Source: Promethearchaeota archaeon (GTDB taxonomy: Archaea; Asgardarchaeota; Odinarchaeia; Odinarchaeales; JBHLKK01). From it: 64,000 bases of DNA. The stretch lies in the NCBI GenBank assembly GCA_048939465.1, contig JBHLPL010000001.1, positions 23,562 to 87,561 on the forward strand. The letters are read 5' to 3'. The translations under genes and the position numbers were made by a program. A model generated the notes under the pieces. That model ran no database searches and was not told the DNA's origin. It saw only the letters and a list, made by a program, of their open reading frames with translations. Positions 40,075 to 50,100 of the stretch are shown here, piece after piece. Position 1 is the first letter of the stretch. Each line of letters begins with the position of its first letter.

Positions 40075-40623
40075 TTGAGTACTACGAATGTTTTTAAGTA
40101 TTCTACTACAAATATGTATTGCGTTTGTGAGGGACTGAATTTGAGCAGTTCAAAGCGGAAGCAATTTGAGATAAAGCTTGAAGTAATCAAAACTCCTAAG
40201 GGTGAAGTTCCCACGGTCAAAAGCTTAAGGCAGGTAGTTATGGGTCTAAATGAATTGAATAGTGATATCGTTAATGTGAGGTCTCAGATTATGGGGGAAA
40301 TAAAGGATTTAAAGCGTGATGTTACCGCAGTAAAGAAGTTGCTTGCCGAAGAGGCGGTTACTTTTGATGCCATCAATGAGAAGTTCACAGACCTTAACAA
40401 CAGCTTGGAGTCTCTATTAAAGCAAAAAACAGATGATAAAACCCTGAAGGCTGTTAAGGGGGTAGGGGCTACTCTAAACTCTCTTGAGACTCAGCTTTCT
40501 GAAATGGCGAAAAATGTGAAAGATGGACTTGCGGAACAGGCCAAAAATGTTGCTAATGCCGTAGGCAAACTCTACCTTTTCCTTGAAAAGGCAGAAGAAG
40601 GAAAGAAGAAAAAGACCTCCTAG
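40075..40623 (+). CDS. coiled-coil protein of unknown function (start uncertain)
   Basis: heptad-rich, K/E-rich sequence; no motif recognised. Confidence 0.35.
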   Translation: MSTTNVFKYSTTNMYCVCEGLNLSSSKRKQFEIKLEVIKTPKGEVPTVKSLRQVVMGLNELNSDIVNVRSQIMGEIKDLKRDVTAVKKLLAEEAVTFDAINEKFTDLNNSLESLLKQKTDDKTLKAVKGVGATLNSLETQLSEMAKNVKDGLAEQAKNVANAVGKLYLFLEKAEEGKKKKTS

Positions 40624-40633
40624 GCCTCTCTTA

Positions 40634-41689
40634 TTATGTGTAAAATCTATCTCTCTGTCTTTGTCTCTCTTCTAAGAAACTCACAAAGTCACTTAGGGTC
40701 GGATCATTCTCAAGTTCGTCGTGAATCAGTTCGGCTACGCTCAGAATTGATGCTGCAACATGTGCCTTGACTTGTTGTGTTTTCTTGTCGTCGGGCTTCA
40801 GGAAACTCATTATTCTTTTTTGAAACTGCTGTAGAGTCAGCAACCTATCAACCAAAAGACCGAATGATTTCATAATGTTCTCTCTTGTGGCTGAAGCATC
40901 CTCCTTTATTCCTACTGCTTCCATGGCACGAAGACATGGATATAATATCTCAGAGCCAAACCAATTTACCAGAAGGCCTCTTTTGTCTATGGTCTTGAGA
41001 AAAACCGATAGTGGAATCCCAAGTTCTTTTATTCTATTCTTCGCCAGCTGGGCCGCTTTTTCTAGCCCTACTTCATGTGTGGCCTTAAGAACCCCTACCA
41101 TGATTGAACTGACGGCAATGGAAAGAACCCTCCTGAGATTGTTGGCTTCCAACAGCTTGTTGATTAGCTCCTTTGCTTCATCCAGATTAATGTCTGATAT
41201 GACAAATGATTTTACGATTTCCAAAAGCTGACCTCTGACCTCTAAGCTTTTCCCGTAACCTGTTCCGTCCAGGGCAAGTAGAGTATAGGCAGTCTCAAGT
41301 ATTTCTTTATCAAACCATTGCACGACCAGGTATTCATTTGTAACCCTTCTCAAATCTGTGGCGGTCTTAACGTCTTTGAGTATATGTGCTAGCCGTTCAA
41401 TAAACGTTTCAAAAATCGCAACTATGTATTCTTGGACATTTGCGTCTATTCCGTATCTCTTCAACTCTTTTTTTATAATCTTTCTAAAGCCGGACTCGGT
41501 TATCTCTCCCTTCAAGTATTTAATGAACGGAGCAAAAAGATCTTTTTTGAGATTGTCCAAAGAGGGCGGCTTGAGTTCCCTGACTAGCCTCTCAGTCATT
41601 CCCCACACTATGAAATAGTAGAAGTCTCCCATTGCCTTATAGTATTCGCTAGCGAATTCCTCACCCAATTGCTGCTCACCTCTCATCAA
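40634..41689 (-). CDS. hypothetical all-alpha protein (operonic partner of HerA-like ATPase)
   Basis: 351 aa; overlaps upstream ATPase gene by 14 nt, suggesting co-translation. Confidence 0.4.
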   Translation of the reverse strand: MMRGEQQLGEEFASEYYKAMGDFYYFIVWGMTERLVRELKPPSLDNLKKDLFAPFIKYLKGEITESGFRKIIKKELKRYGIDANVQEYIVAIFETFIERLAHILKDVKTATDLRRVTNEYLVVQWFDKEILETAYTLLALDGTGYGKSLEVRGQLLEIVKSFVISDINLDEAKELINKLLEANNLRRVLSIAVSSIMVGVLKATHEVGLEKAAQLAKNRIKELGIPLSVFLKTIDKRGLLVNWFGSEILYPCLRAMEAVGIKEDASATRENIMKSFGLLVDRLLTLQQFQKRIMSFLKPDDKKTQQVKAHVAASILSVAELIHDELENDPTLSDFVSFLEERQRQRDRFYT

Positions 41690-44282
41690 TGAGGTTTATC
41701 AGAGTATTCAAGAGTTCGCAGAACTTCCTGGCGTCTTCTTCGCTAGATGATACACCGACAAGAGATGCGATAGCGATTCTGTTGTTCTTTGCCGAAGTAA
41801 TGGCAATTCTCAAGTTTCCCTTTCCAGCCAAAATTACAGGTATCTCCTCATCTGATGGCACACTATCGATTGTCCAATTCTTGGATTTCAGTAAATCATG
41901 GATCTCCTGCAGGACTACTTGAGGTTCCTTGGATACTTTCTTGTGACAAGTCTTGGAATATACCTTGATATCACTTGGGAACAAATGTTCGTGATATCTA
42001 TACCTCATAAGTCTATTTAGAAATCTTTTTAACATGTCATCTGGAACATCAAGGGTCTTCGGTGCTGGTATTTCATAAGATCCGGCCGCTGCCACTTTTT
42101 CTGAGTCTTCGGGGTTGGCCCCTTCTTCAATGACTTCTTCGTCAGGTATTGCATATTCAATAAGCTTTGGAGATGCTTCTCTTCCGGCATGCTGACTTGT
42201 TCTGGGTCGAATTCTCAAAACAAATCCCCGGTTCGTAGTTAGTCTGGTTGACTGATCCATTATTATGGGGGTTCCAACTGGAAGGCTTCTTATGAAACTC
42301 GACTTTGAAATTTCTTTGGGAATCTCTGCCGGGGATCTTTTCATGAGTGCCTTAATATCATCTGCATAAGTCAAGTTGTGAGCAATCAGAATATCTACTT
42401 GAGAGAGGATACGGGCGTCAGTTGCTGCTGGTTGTTGGGTACACAACAACAGCCCACATCCCGGTTTTCTGCCTTCTTTAGCGTAATCAATGAGGGGCTC
42501 AGAAGCAATTGTCTCTCCATCTGAAGGGACTACTTGCTGGGCTTCGTCTATTAGAAGCCAGGTTACTGGTATCTTTTCTTCTATATCCCCATATCCGAGA
42601 TGTTTTGCCTCAATCGTTCTGGAGATCTTCTTTCGCTCTCTTAGGATCTTCCGTGCAAGAATCCCAACTACCAACTCCCGGATACTGTCCCCCAGAAAGC
42701 TTACATCTACTATAGTAATCTGATTTGGAACAACTATTTCGTTGAATGCTGTCCCTTTCTTAGAGAATATCCCCCATTGTTTGGCGGATTCCAGTCTAGA
42801 AATAACGGCTCTTCGAGTATCAAGTCTGAATCCTCCTTCCTTGGAAAGGATTTCCGTATCATCTTGAACGCACTTTATCATATCGTCAATAGTGTAATCT
42901 TCTCCTTTACCATCAATACGCATTCGGTTTCCATAGGCATCCACCACGGAATAGCCGTCTCTAACCTTATTGACTACTCTTCCGGTCAGAAAACCTCTTG
43001 GACTGGACTGCTCCAGTTTAAAGAGATAACACCAATCATCTGCAGTAAGCTCACCAGGCTTTATCGAGAATGCATCATCTCTTGTTTGTTCTGGAATCTG
43101 ATGGAATAATCCTACAGGAACTAGGACCTGAACGTTTGAATATCCCTCTGGGTCTAGTTTCCATTCCCCAAGATTCTCTAGCTCGTCCTTCTCCCAGTTC
43201 GGATATTTCATGCTCCAAAATATGCCCATCGGATCAACTATCACAACAGCTATCCCGAGACCACATCTAGCTAGTTCTTCAGCAATGACTCCGAGTGTGT
43301 ATGATTTTCCGGATCCCCGATGGCCGCATATGAAAATAACGTGGGGTTTCACTGCGTCTACCAGTACCTTACGGCCGAAATACCCTTTACCGCCAGCAGG
43401 TTTTTCGCAGATCCTCCCAATATACAAAGTCCCACGACATCCAAATTTCTCTTGAAATTGCTTGGTCCTCCCAACAATAACTGACTCTCCGAGACAGTCA
43501 TCAAGGAGTCTCAGCTCCTCCTTCATTGCGGGGCTGTATTCAACAGGAAACGATTCCTCCTTGAGGACTCTCATCTCCCCCCTTACGTGGTTGATGAGCA
43601 TCTGCAGTTCTTCTATACTTCTCGGAGGTATGGTCAGCATGCTTTCTATATATTTCCGAAGCTTATCCTTCTTTGGATAGTGCCCAGAGGAATATCCTGA
43701 GAGTTCCCACAGCATAAGCTCGATAGTCTCTTCTTTCGTCAGCCCCTCAAAAGGCACTGCGTCAACTGAAGCGGTGTCCAGAAATTTTGAATCACCCAAC
43801 GCGAGGTACAAAAGGAGGGACGCATTTATCCTATCGTTTCCGTCGAATTCCTTCAGCATACTGATAGCATTCTCTAGGTATCTCGGTTCTTTTTTCACGT
43901 TATATGCCTGAAGAAGTATGCGAAATCGATGTACGTCTATCTTGTTGTTAGATAGTGCGTAATCATATACCTTCTTCTCAGCCTCGTCAATATTTATTTC
44001 TAAGGCTCCCGAGGCTCCTTTCAATGCTTGAATGGTTTCCCAGGTATTCTTCAAAGGATCATCCTGAAATGCCCATTCCCCGGATGGTAATTGTGAGGAG
44101 AGAATGTCTTCGACAATGATTGATGCTATTTCCAGAAAGACAAGGTCTTTTGTCATCTGATAGACTCGTACGCATGCATCGACGAGGAACGGTCTATCAA
44201 CAGCTCTTGCGGATTCGGCACTGAAACTTGTTATGTAGTCTAGGATATGTGGTAATATTTCACATAGAGGTCTTCCATGCAA
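41676..44282 (-). CDS. HerA/DUF87-like P-loop ATPase with large novel N-terminal domain
   Basis: Walker A HVIFICGHRGSGKSYTLGVIAEEL, then VVIVDPMGIFW (HerA-like DphGEY equivalent); Walker B LLIDEAQQVVP; N-terminal ~290 aa with repeat-like SGEWAF..WETIQAL segment. Confidence 0.55.
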   Translation of the reverse strand: MHGRPLCEILPHILDYITSFSAESARAVDRPFLVDACVRVYQMTKDLVFLEIASIIVEDILSSQLPSGEWAFQDDPLKNTWETIQALKGASGALEINIDEAEKKVYDYALSNNKIDVHRFRILLQAYNVKKEPRYLENAISMLKEFDGNDRINASLLLYLALGDSKFLDTASVDAVPFEGLTKEETIELMLWELSGYSSGHYPKKDKLRKYIESMLTIPPRSIEELQMLINHVRGEMRVLKEESFPVEYSPAMKEELRLLDDCLGESVIVGRTKQFQEKFGCRGTLYIGRICEKPAGGKGYFGRKVLVDAVKPHVIFICGHRGSGKSYTLGVIAEELARCGLGIAVVIVDPMGIFWSMKYPNWEKDELENLGEWKLDPEGYSNVQVLVPVGLFHQIPEQTRDDAFSIKPGELTADDWCYLFKLEQSSPRGFLTGRVVNKVRDGYSVVDAYGNRMRIDGKGEDYTIDDMIKCVQDDTEILSKEGGFRLDTRRAVISRLESAKQWGIFSKKGTAFNEIVVPNQITIVDVSFLGDSIRELVVGILARKILRERKKISRTIEAKHLGYGDIEEKIPVTWLLIDEAQQVVPSDGETIASEPLIDYAKEGRKPGCGLLLCTQQPAATDARILSQVDILIAHNLTYADDIKALMKRSPAEIPKEISKSSFIRSLPVGTPIIMDQSTRLTTNRGFVLRIRPRTSQHAGREASPKLIEYAIPDEEVIEEGANPEDSEKVAAAGSYEIPAPKTLDVPDDMLKRFLNRLMRYRYHEHLFPSDIKVYSKTCHKKVSKEPQVVLQEIHDLLKSKNWTIDSVPSDEEIPVILAGKGNLRIAITSAKNNRIAIASLVGVSSSEEDARKFCELLNTLINLIDER

Positions 44283-44324
44283 ATGGTTTCCCCCATTGGC
44301 AGATTCAGATGTTTTCAGAAGGAA

Positions 44325-44939
44325 TCATGACCTGCTTTCCTTTAGTTTCTTAATTTCTTTTTCCAGCTCTGAGACCTTCTTCTCCGGTGCTGGAAGAGCA
44401 ATACCTGTTTCAACAGTTATCTCCTGATCGATTTCGGTCAACGTTTTTTCAATTTCCTTATCACTAATCTCTTGCGAAACCGTGATTTCGAGTCCTGATT
44501 CAGCGATCTCTTTCGACACCTCAAATTGCTGTAGCTGACCTTCAACTTCTTTAATCAATTTGGCTATCTTTGGTACCTTCACAGCGTTCTTAAGTCCCCC
44601 AAGGACGTTACGGAGACTACCTAATATTTTGGACAAATCAGTAACAGATTCGCTTTGTCTGAGTTTTACAATTAGTCCCTCTATGGTCAATCTGTAGTTG
44701 TCAATGCCAACTGCCCACTTCTGAAATTGCAGGTAATGCTTTGCGTACGTCTTTGCAGCCTCATTATTGCCCTTGATACGTTGAGTTCGAGCTTTAGTAC
44801 GGCTCTTGTCGCCTTCTCTTTCCAGTTGCATCCTTTGTCTATCGAGTTTCCGTGTGAGCAAATCCAACTGAAAAATGGCCTTCTCAAGCCTTTTTCTCTT
44901 AGACCCCCCTAACCAGTCAAACAAACGGCCTAACGACAA
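44325..44939 (-). CDS. ESCRT-III (Snf7/CHMP family; Vps2/24/46-like)
   Basis: 204 aa; basic N-terminal helices (KRKRLEKAIFQLDLLTRKLDRQRMQLERE...KGNNEAAKTYAKHYLQ) and acidic C-terminal helices with E/I-rich tail; Snf7-like charge asymmetry. Confidence 0.6.
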   Translation of the reverse strand: MSLGRLFDWLGGSKRKRLEKAIFQLDLLTRKLDRQRMQLEREGDKSRTKARTQRIKGNNEAAKTYAKHYLQFQKWAVGIDNYRLTIEGLIVKLRQSESVTDLSKILGSLRNVLGGLKNAVKVPKIAKLIKEVEGQLQQFEVSKEIAESGLEITVSQEISDKEIEKTLTEIDQEITVETGIALPAPEKKVSELEKEIKKLKESRS

Positions 44940-45100
44940 CTATTACACCTCATTAGTCACTGAAAGGTTGTACAACACACACAATTAAAGCTTACGAAAT
45001 TACATCAAATACGGCTTTTCATCACCTAAGTTTTTTAGGTTTGTTCTTCTAATAGTTAACTAGCCTATCGCAATGTCTACAGAATCCTATTTTCCTGAGG

Positions 45101-46264
45101 TTGGGATTGATGTCTGATAAGCTGTTCAAATACGCCACCCAGATGGCGAAGGAAGCTGTGAAACTTGACAAGCAAGGCAAACAGAAGCTGGCTGTACAGA
45201 AATATATTCATGCGGCCGATATCTTGATGAGGTTTCTGAAATTAACCGAGAATCCCGCACTGAGAAAAGTATGTTATGAAAAGGCGGAGCAGTATGTGCA
45301 AAGAGCTAAAGAACTACAAGGTGTAACACCAGGTCTGCCGGCAGTATCAGAAAAAGCAGCGGGGAAAGCGCTGACCAAGGAAGATCAAGCCCTCCAAGAA
45401 GCAATCTCGGATACCATAATCACTGAGAAACCAAGTGTTGAATGGGAAGACGTAGCAAATCTAGAGACGGCAAAACAAGCCTTGAGAGAGGCTGTTATCT
45501 TACCGATGCTCAGACCAGATATTTTTACTGGTGCAAGGGAACCTTGGCGTGGATTATTGTTGATCGGACCACCCGGATGTGGAAAAACACTGCTCGCAAA
45601 AGCTGTGGCGAACGAATGCAACGCAACATTCTTCAGCGCTGACGCAGCCTCTTTGGTTTCAAAGTGGCTGGGAGAATCGGAAAAACTTGTAAGCACATTA
45701 TTTACCGTTGCACGAAGTAGCTCCCCTTCCGTTGTGTTCATCGACGAAGTGGATGCTTTGGCAACAGTTAGATCGGGTGATGAGGTTGGAGGTGAGCGGA
45801 GAATGAAGACGCAGCTATTAATAGAAATGGATGGGGTTCGAAAACGAAAGGGAGAGCAAGTAGTAGTTCTTGGCGCCACGAACAGGCCATGGGATCTTGA
45901 CCCGGGTTTTCGTAGAAGGTTCGAAAAAAGAATTTATGTGCCCCTTCCTGATAAGGAAGGCCGTCGCGAGATATTTAAGATTCACGTCAGAGGAATTGAA
46001 ATAGCTTCAGATGTTGATTTTGATGAACTAGCGACTCTTACTGAGGGATACTCCGGCTCAGATATTGCGCTGATATGTAGGGATGCTGCCATGATGCCAA
46101 TACGTGAACTGGATACCGCAGGCACGTTGACTAGGAAAGATATCAAAGTTCGATCGGTAGATCGTGAGGATTTTCTGAAGTCCATGAAAAAGGTTAGGCC
46201 AACTGTTTCACCAGACGAACTGGAGAAATACGAGGAATGGACCAAAGAATTCGCATCAGAATGA
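45101..46264 (+). CDS. vps4: Vps4-like AAA ATPase (N-terminal MIT domain)
   Basis: MIT-like three-helix N-terminus (LDKQGKQKLAVQKYIHAADILMRFLKL...AEQYVQRAKELQ); AAA Walker A GPPGCGKTLLAKAVA; Walker B VVFIDEVD; second region of homology. Confidence 0.85.
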   Translation: MGLMSDKLFKYATQMAKEAVKLDKQGKQKLAVQKYIHAADILMRFLKLTENPALRKVCYEKAEQYVQRAKELQGVTPGLPAVSEKAAGKALTKEDQALQEAISDTIITEKPSVEWEDVANLETAKQALREAVILPMLRPDIFTGAREPWRGLLLIGPPGCGKTLLAKAVANECNATFFSADAASLVSKWLGESEKLVSTLFTVARSSSPSVVFIDEVDALATVRSGDEVGGERRMKTQLLIEMDGVRKRKGEQVVVLGATNRPWDLDPGFRRRFEKRIYVPLPDKEGRREIFKIHVRGIEIASDVDFDELATLTEGYSGSDIALICRDAAMMPIRELDTAGTLTRKDIKVRSVDREDFLKSMKKVRPTVSPDELEKYEEWTKEFASE

Positions 46265-46278
46265 ACTGGTGATATATA

Positions 46279-47025
46279 TTGTCGGTAAGGGAAAAGCCAC
46301 GTAAAAAAGCTGGGAAGTCTCAAAAGGAAGAAACTGACAAGAAGGAGCGAATCAAAGAAGAGCTTGAGGAACTCAAGGAAGAAGTTGAAACAATGGTGGA
46401 GGCAGAAGAAGCTGAGACAATAGAAGAGGTTGAGAAAATCCAAGAGCCTAGCGCTAGGCAACTTCCGAAGGCGGTTGCTGAGGAAATCTCCTCTGAATTG
46501 GAGAAGATCTGTAACTTATATGAATGGGTTGCAAATCCTGAACAAGTCAGATGGATGTATTGGATGCCCTCCAATAAAGAGCATATTGATTCATGGAGAG
46601 ACGAATGGGCTGATTTCTTGTTTCAATGGGCCCGAGCAAAAATCCTTCATATAGTAACACTGGTCTTGCTTATGGGTGAACACCCATTTGATAAGTTATC
46701 TCCAAAGGTGGATTCGCTGAGAGTTATTATGAAAACCCTAGCTGAGAAGGATCTTGCTGAATTCTTGGATAATAAAGAAACCAGATTGCGAATATACTGG
46801 AGGACTCTTAATGAGTGGGCAGAAATAATCTATAACTGGGCACTCAATACCGGAAGAATGGATATAAGTGTTTTTGATGTTATTAATGACAGAGGGGAAA
46901 AGTGGGGCTTTCACACGCTGCCAGCGAAAGAAATTAGACTCATCTTCAGGATTATGGTAGAGCGTGGGTTGGCCCGTTGGATGGACGAGAAGAGAGGCCA
47001 TATTGAGATAAGAGTAGACTTTTGA
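46279..47025 (+). CDS. Vps25-like ESCRT-II subunit (tandem winged helix) with acidic N-terminal extension
   Basis: IYWRTLNEWAEIIYNWALNTGRMDISVFDVIND ~ human VPS25 IMWRRPEEWGKLIYQWVSRSGQNNSVFTLYEL; C-terminal HTLPAKEIRLIFRIMVERGLARWMDEKRGHIEI ~ HGLDEATLLRALQALQQEHKAEII..DGRGVKF. Confidence 0.6.
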   Translation: MSVREKPRKKAGKSQKEETDKKERIKEELEELKEEVETMVEAEEAETIEEVEKIQEPSARQLPKAVAEEISSELEKICNLYEWVANPEQVRWMYWMPSNKEHIDSWRDEWADFLFQWARAKILHIVTLVLLMGEHPFDKLSPKVDSLRVIMKTLAEKDLAEFLDNKETRLRIYWRTLNEWAEIIYNWALNTGRMDISVFDVINDRGEKWGFHTLPAKEIRLIFRIMVERGLARWMDEKRGHIEIRVDF

Positions 47026-47145
47026 CCTGTCTTTCGCGGTTATGCACCATCTAAGCGGATTATCTTGCGAAAATCTTAAATCTTTTTATGTGAATATTAT
47101 AACAGATCACGCGTAACTCCGATTCATGGATTAGATTAAGATGAA

Positions 47146-50100
47146 GTGGTCGTCATGCAAGCCAAAAGAAAAAATCTGCTAATATCTCTGGTCTTCACAC
47201 TATTTCTGATCTCAACGCTCTCATCAATTACAGTTCCACCCGTCACAGCTTCTCCAGATACTGCTGACTGGTGGAATTATAACTGGAATCAGAGGGTTCC
47301 AGTGATGATAAACACAACAGGTCACAACACATCCGACATACCGATAAAGATCGAAGGAATTAATTTCACTCAGCTTCTACTGGATCTGGGTGTCGGCTCT
47401 CCCCACGATAATAACTCGGTAAGAGTCGTGGAGTGGAACGTAGCATCGGAACTGAACACTGAATTACCGAGCTTATTTGCTCCTGCAGGCACGTATGACA
47501 GCTCCAGCAATGCTGTAGGTGATGTTTACTGGACAATGAATGGAACAACACTTGAAAACACAAACAGAACCTTCTATGTATACTTCGATACTACTGATGC
47601 TCCTGGTGGTCCCAAGAGCCCACCAAGCTACAGTGTGGATCCTCGTCTACCTGAAGGAATAGCCTATGTAAGAAACGCTAAGGACGATATATCTTATGAA
47701 TCGGCCCAACAACTTGCTGCGGAATATGGGCTCGCCCAAGCTGCACTGTTCAATGAAAGCGTGAAATCAGGAAGTCATTACAGGAGCGGATCGGGTTGGC
47801 AAAACAACAGTATAGATCTCGTACCTGATGACTACTCAATGATAATACTTGGGTCAGACTCCCTAGACGGTGGCGAAATACCTGGAAAACTCGATATAGA
47901 CTCCCAATTCAGATCAAACTTGGAAGCTTTCATTGCTGGCGGCGGGATACTTGTTATTCAACAGATAACGTCAAGCGATCCTGCCCAGCCACTGACTGGA
48001 ATTCAGTTCACAAGCTCTCACGGAGAAAGCTATAAGAAACCACTGCAACAGCACGAAATCACAACTAATCCAAACAATATTCGAACTGAAAATCTCAATT
48101 CGCTTTCAGATGGATTTGATAAAATTACGGACTCTACTCGCTACTCTTCGATAGCCAACGTGACAGATAACGGCGGAGGTCCAACAGGCCATCGAATCAG
48201 AATCATTCAGAGAGGAGCAGGCTATGTTATTGTAGAGGTACTGGGATGGACCTCAACTGGCGATATAGATAAGTGGAAACAGATCTTTGAAAACTATCTG
48301 AATTATCATATCAACCACACAAAGGATAGTCTGGCCATAACCGTTGGCAGCCAAGCAGAATATAGTCTGATTAACGATGTTACCGTAGTTGTAACAAATC
48401 ATGAAGGATTATTCGTTCCTGACGCAAATGTTACTATGGTCAACACGACAGCCCAGGCAAACAATCTTAGTGGCTACAACCAATGGGCATTAACAGATAG
48501 CAACGGCCAAGTTTTCTTCCCGGATGTACCAGATAACAACTATAATGTTACGGCAACTTACGTAACTAACATGGGAGATAGCACCGGAATTCTGAACGAT
48601 ACATTTTCAAACTTCAACATCAATTATACTCAAACCCTCAATCTTAAAGTAAACATTACAAGGCTATTAGTGAACATCACTGATGTAGATAATATGACCC
48701 AGTATGATCTGATACCTAACTGGGCAGAACATTATATCGTTGGCCTTTTCAACCAGTCCGATGGGAGTCCGATGGCCAACACAACGACAACAACCTTGTA
48801 CGAGTCTGGTGGTATTAACTGGCTTGTAGGAGAACTCTGGTGGCATAATTCATCGGACAATCATGTGATCAAAGTATTGTATGAGCATCCTGATTATTCG
48901 AATACACTGACTCTTAACGAGACTAGTAACATACAACTTGATGTTTCGACTTCCTTCAACGTCAACGTCAGTATGACAAGGCTGACTGTTTTTGCCCGTG
49001 GGTATCCGACCATCGATCCGCTTGTTAATGTGGTTCTTGAGTTGAGCAACGATACGCAAGCAATAGCTAATGTCACAGCAGACGATTCAGGAGCGGTAGT
49101 CTTCTACTGGAGGACTCAACCCTCGCAGAATTACTCTATACGCGCATTCTACTTCGATACACTGGTCTCATTCATCAAATTCCATGAAAGCTGGTCTGAT
49201 TGGAATGAAAGCGTTAGCCTACCACTTCCAAATGCTACCGAAAAGCTGATTGATATTCAGCTGGGTGCGGAGTATGAGACGGATCTTGTACTAACTGCTT
49301 TTACCCCCGACGTCACGTATGGGGATAACGTAACGGTCACCGTGTATTTCAATGTCACAAGTCCTTCGCCAAGACCCGTAACTGGAGCAACCGCCAGATG
49401 CTACCTCAGAGTGGGAACAACAGATATCTTTATGGAAACAATGACTGAGGCAGGTTCCGGATATTATACACTGACATTCAACACGACTCACTACGGTGGC
49501 ATAATAGGCGATGAAAACATAGAATATCGTATCTTAGTAATTGTTGAAAAATCAGGGTATACCTCTCCTACGCCGATATTCACCGACCTGACAATCAGGG
49601 GGCTCGCAACAACTTTGGATTGTTCAATCTCACCAGAAACCATTTACTGGGGCGACCTCATAACAGTAGACGTTACGTACGAGGATTTGGAGGACGCAAC
49701 AGTCTCATACATAATTGGAAGTTGGGATTCTGGCGTATTCAGTGATCTTGGAAATGGAAACTACCGCACCTCGATAGACACCTCTAAATCGTCCTTCTGG
49801 GGAGACTACATATTAAAAATAACTGCCGAAAAGCCGAATTATGAAATGAAGTACGCAGAAATAGCTCTTAGAATCAATCAGATACAGACTCTGATAAACG
49901 GATCTCGTATACTTGTCACATCACCCATCAGCGTGTATGCAATGGAAGACAGTTTAATACACTTCAACTACACAACAGCTGGCAATATCGGCATCAACTC
50001 GACAGTCCATCAGTACTACTGGGAGAGCATATCAAGCGGTAGTGGCTACGGAGACTTGTCTTATCTTGGGAACGGTATGTATGGGCTGGATTTTGATACT

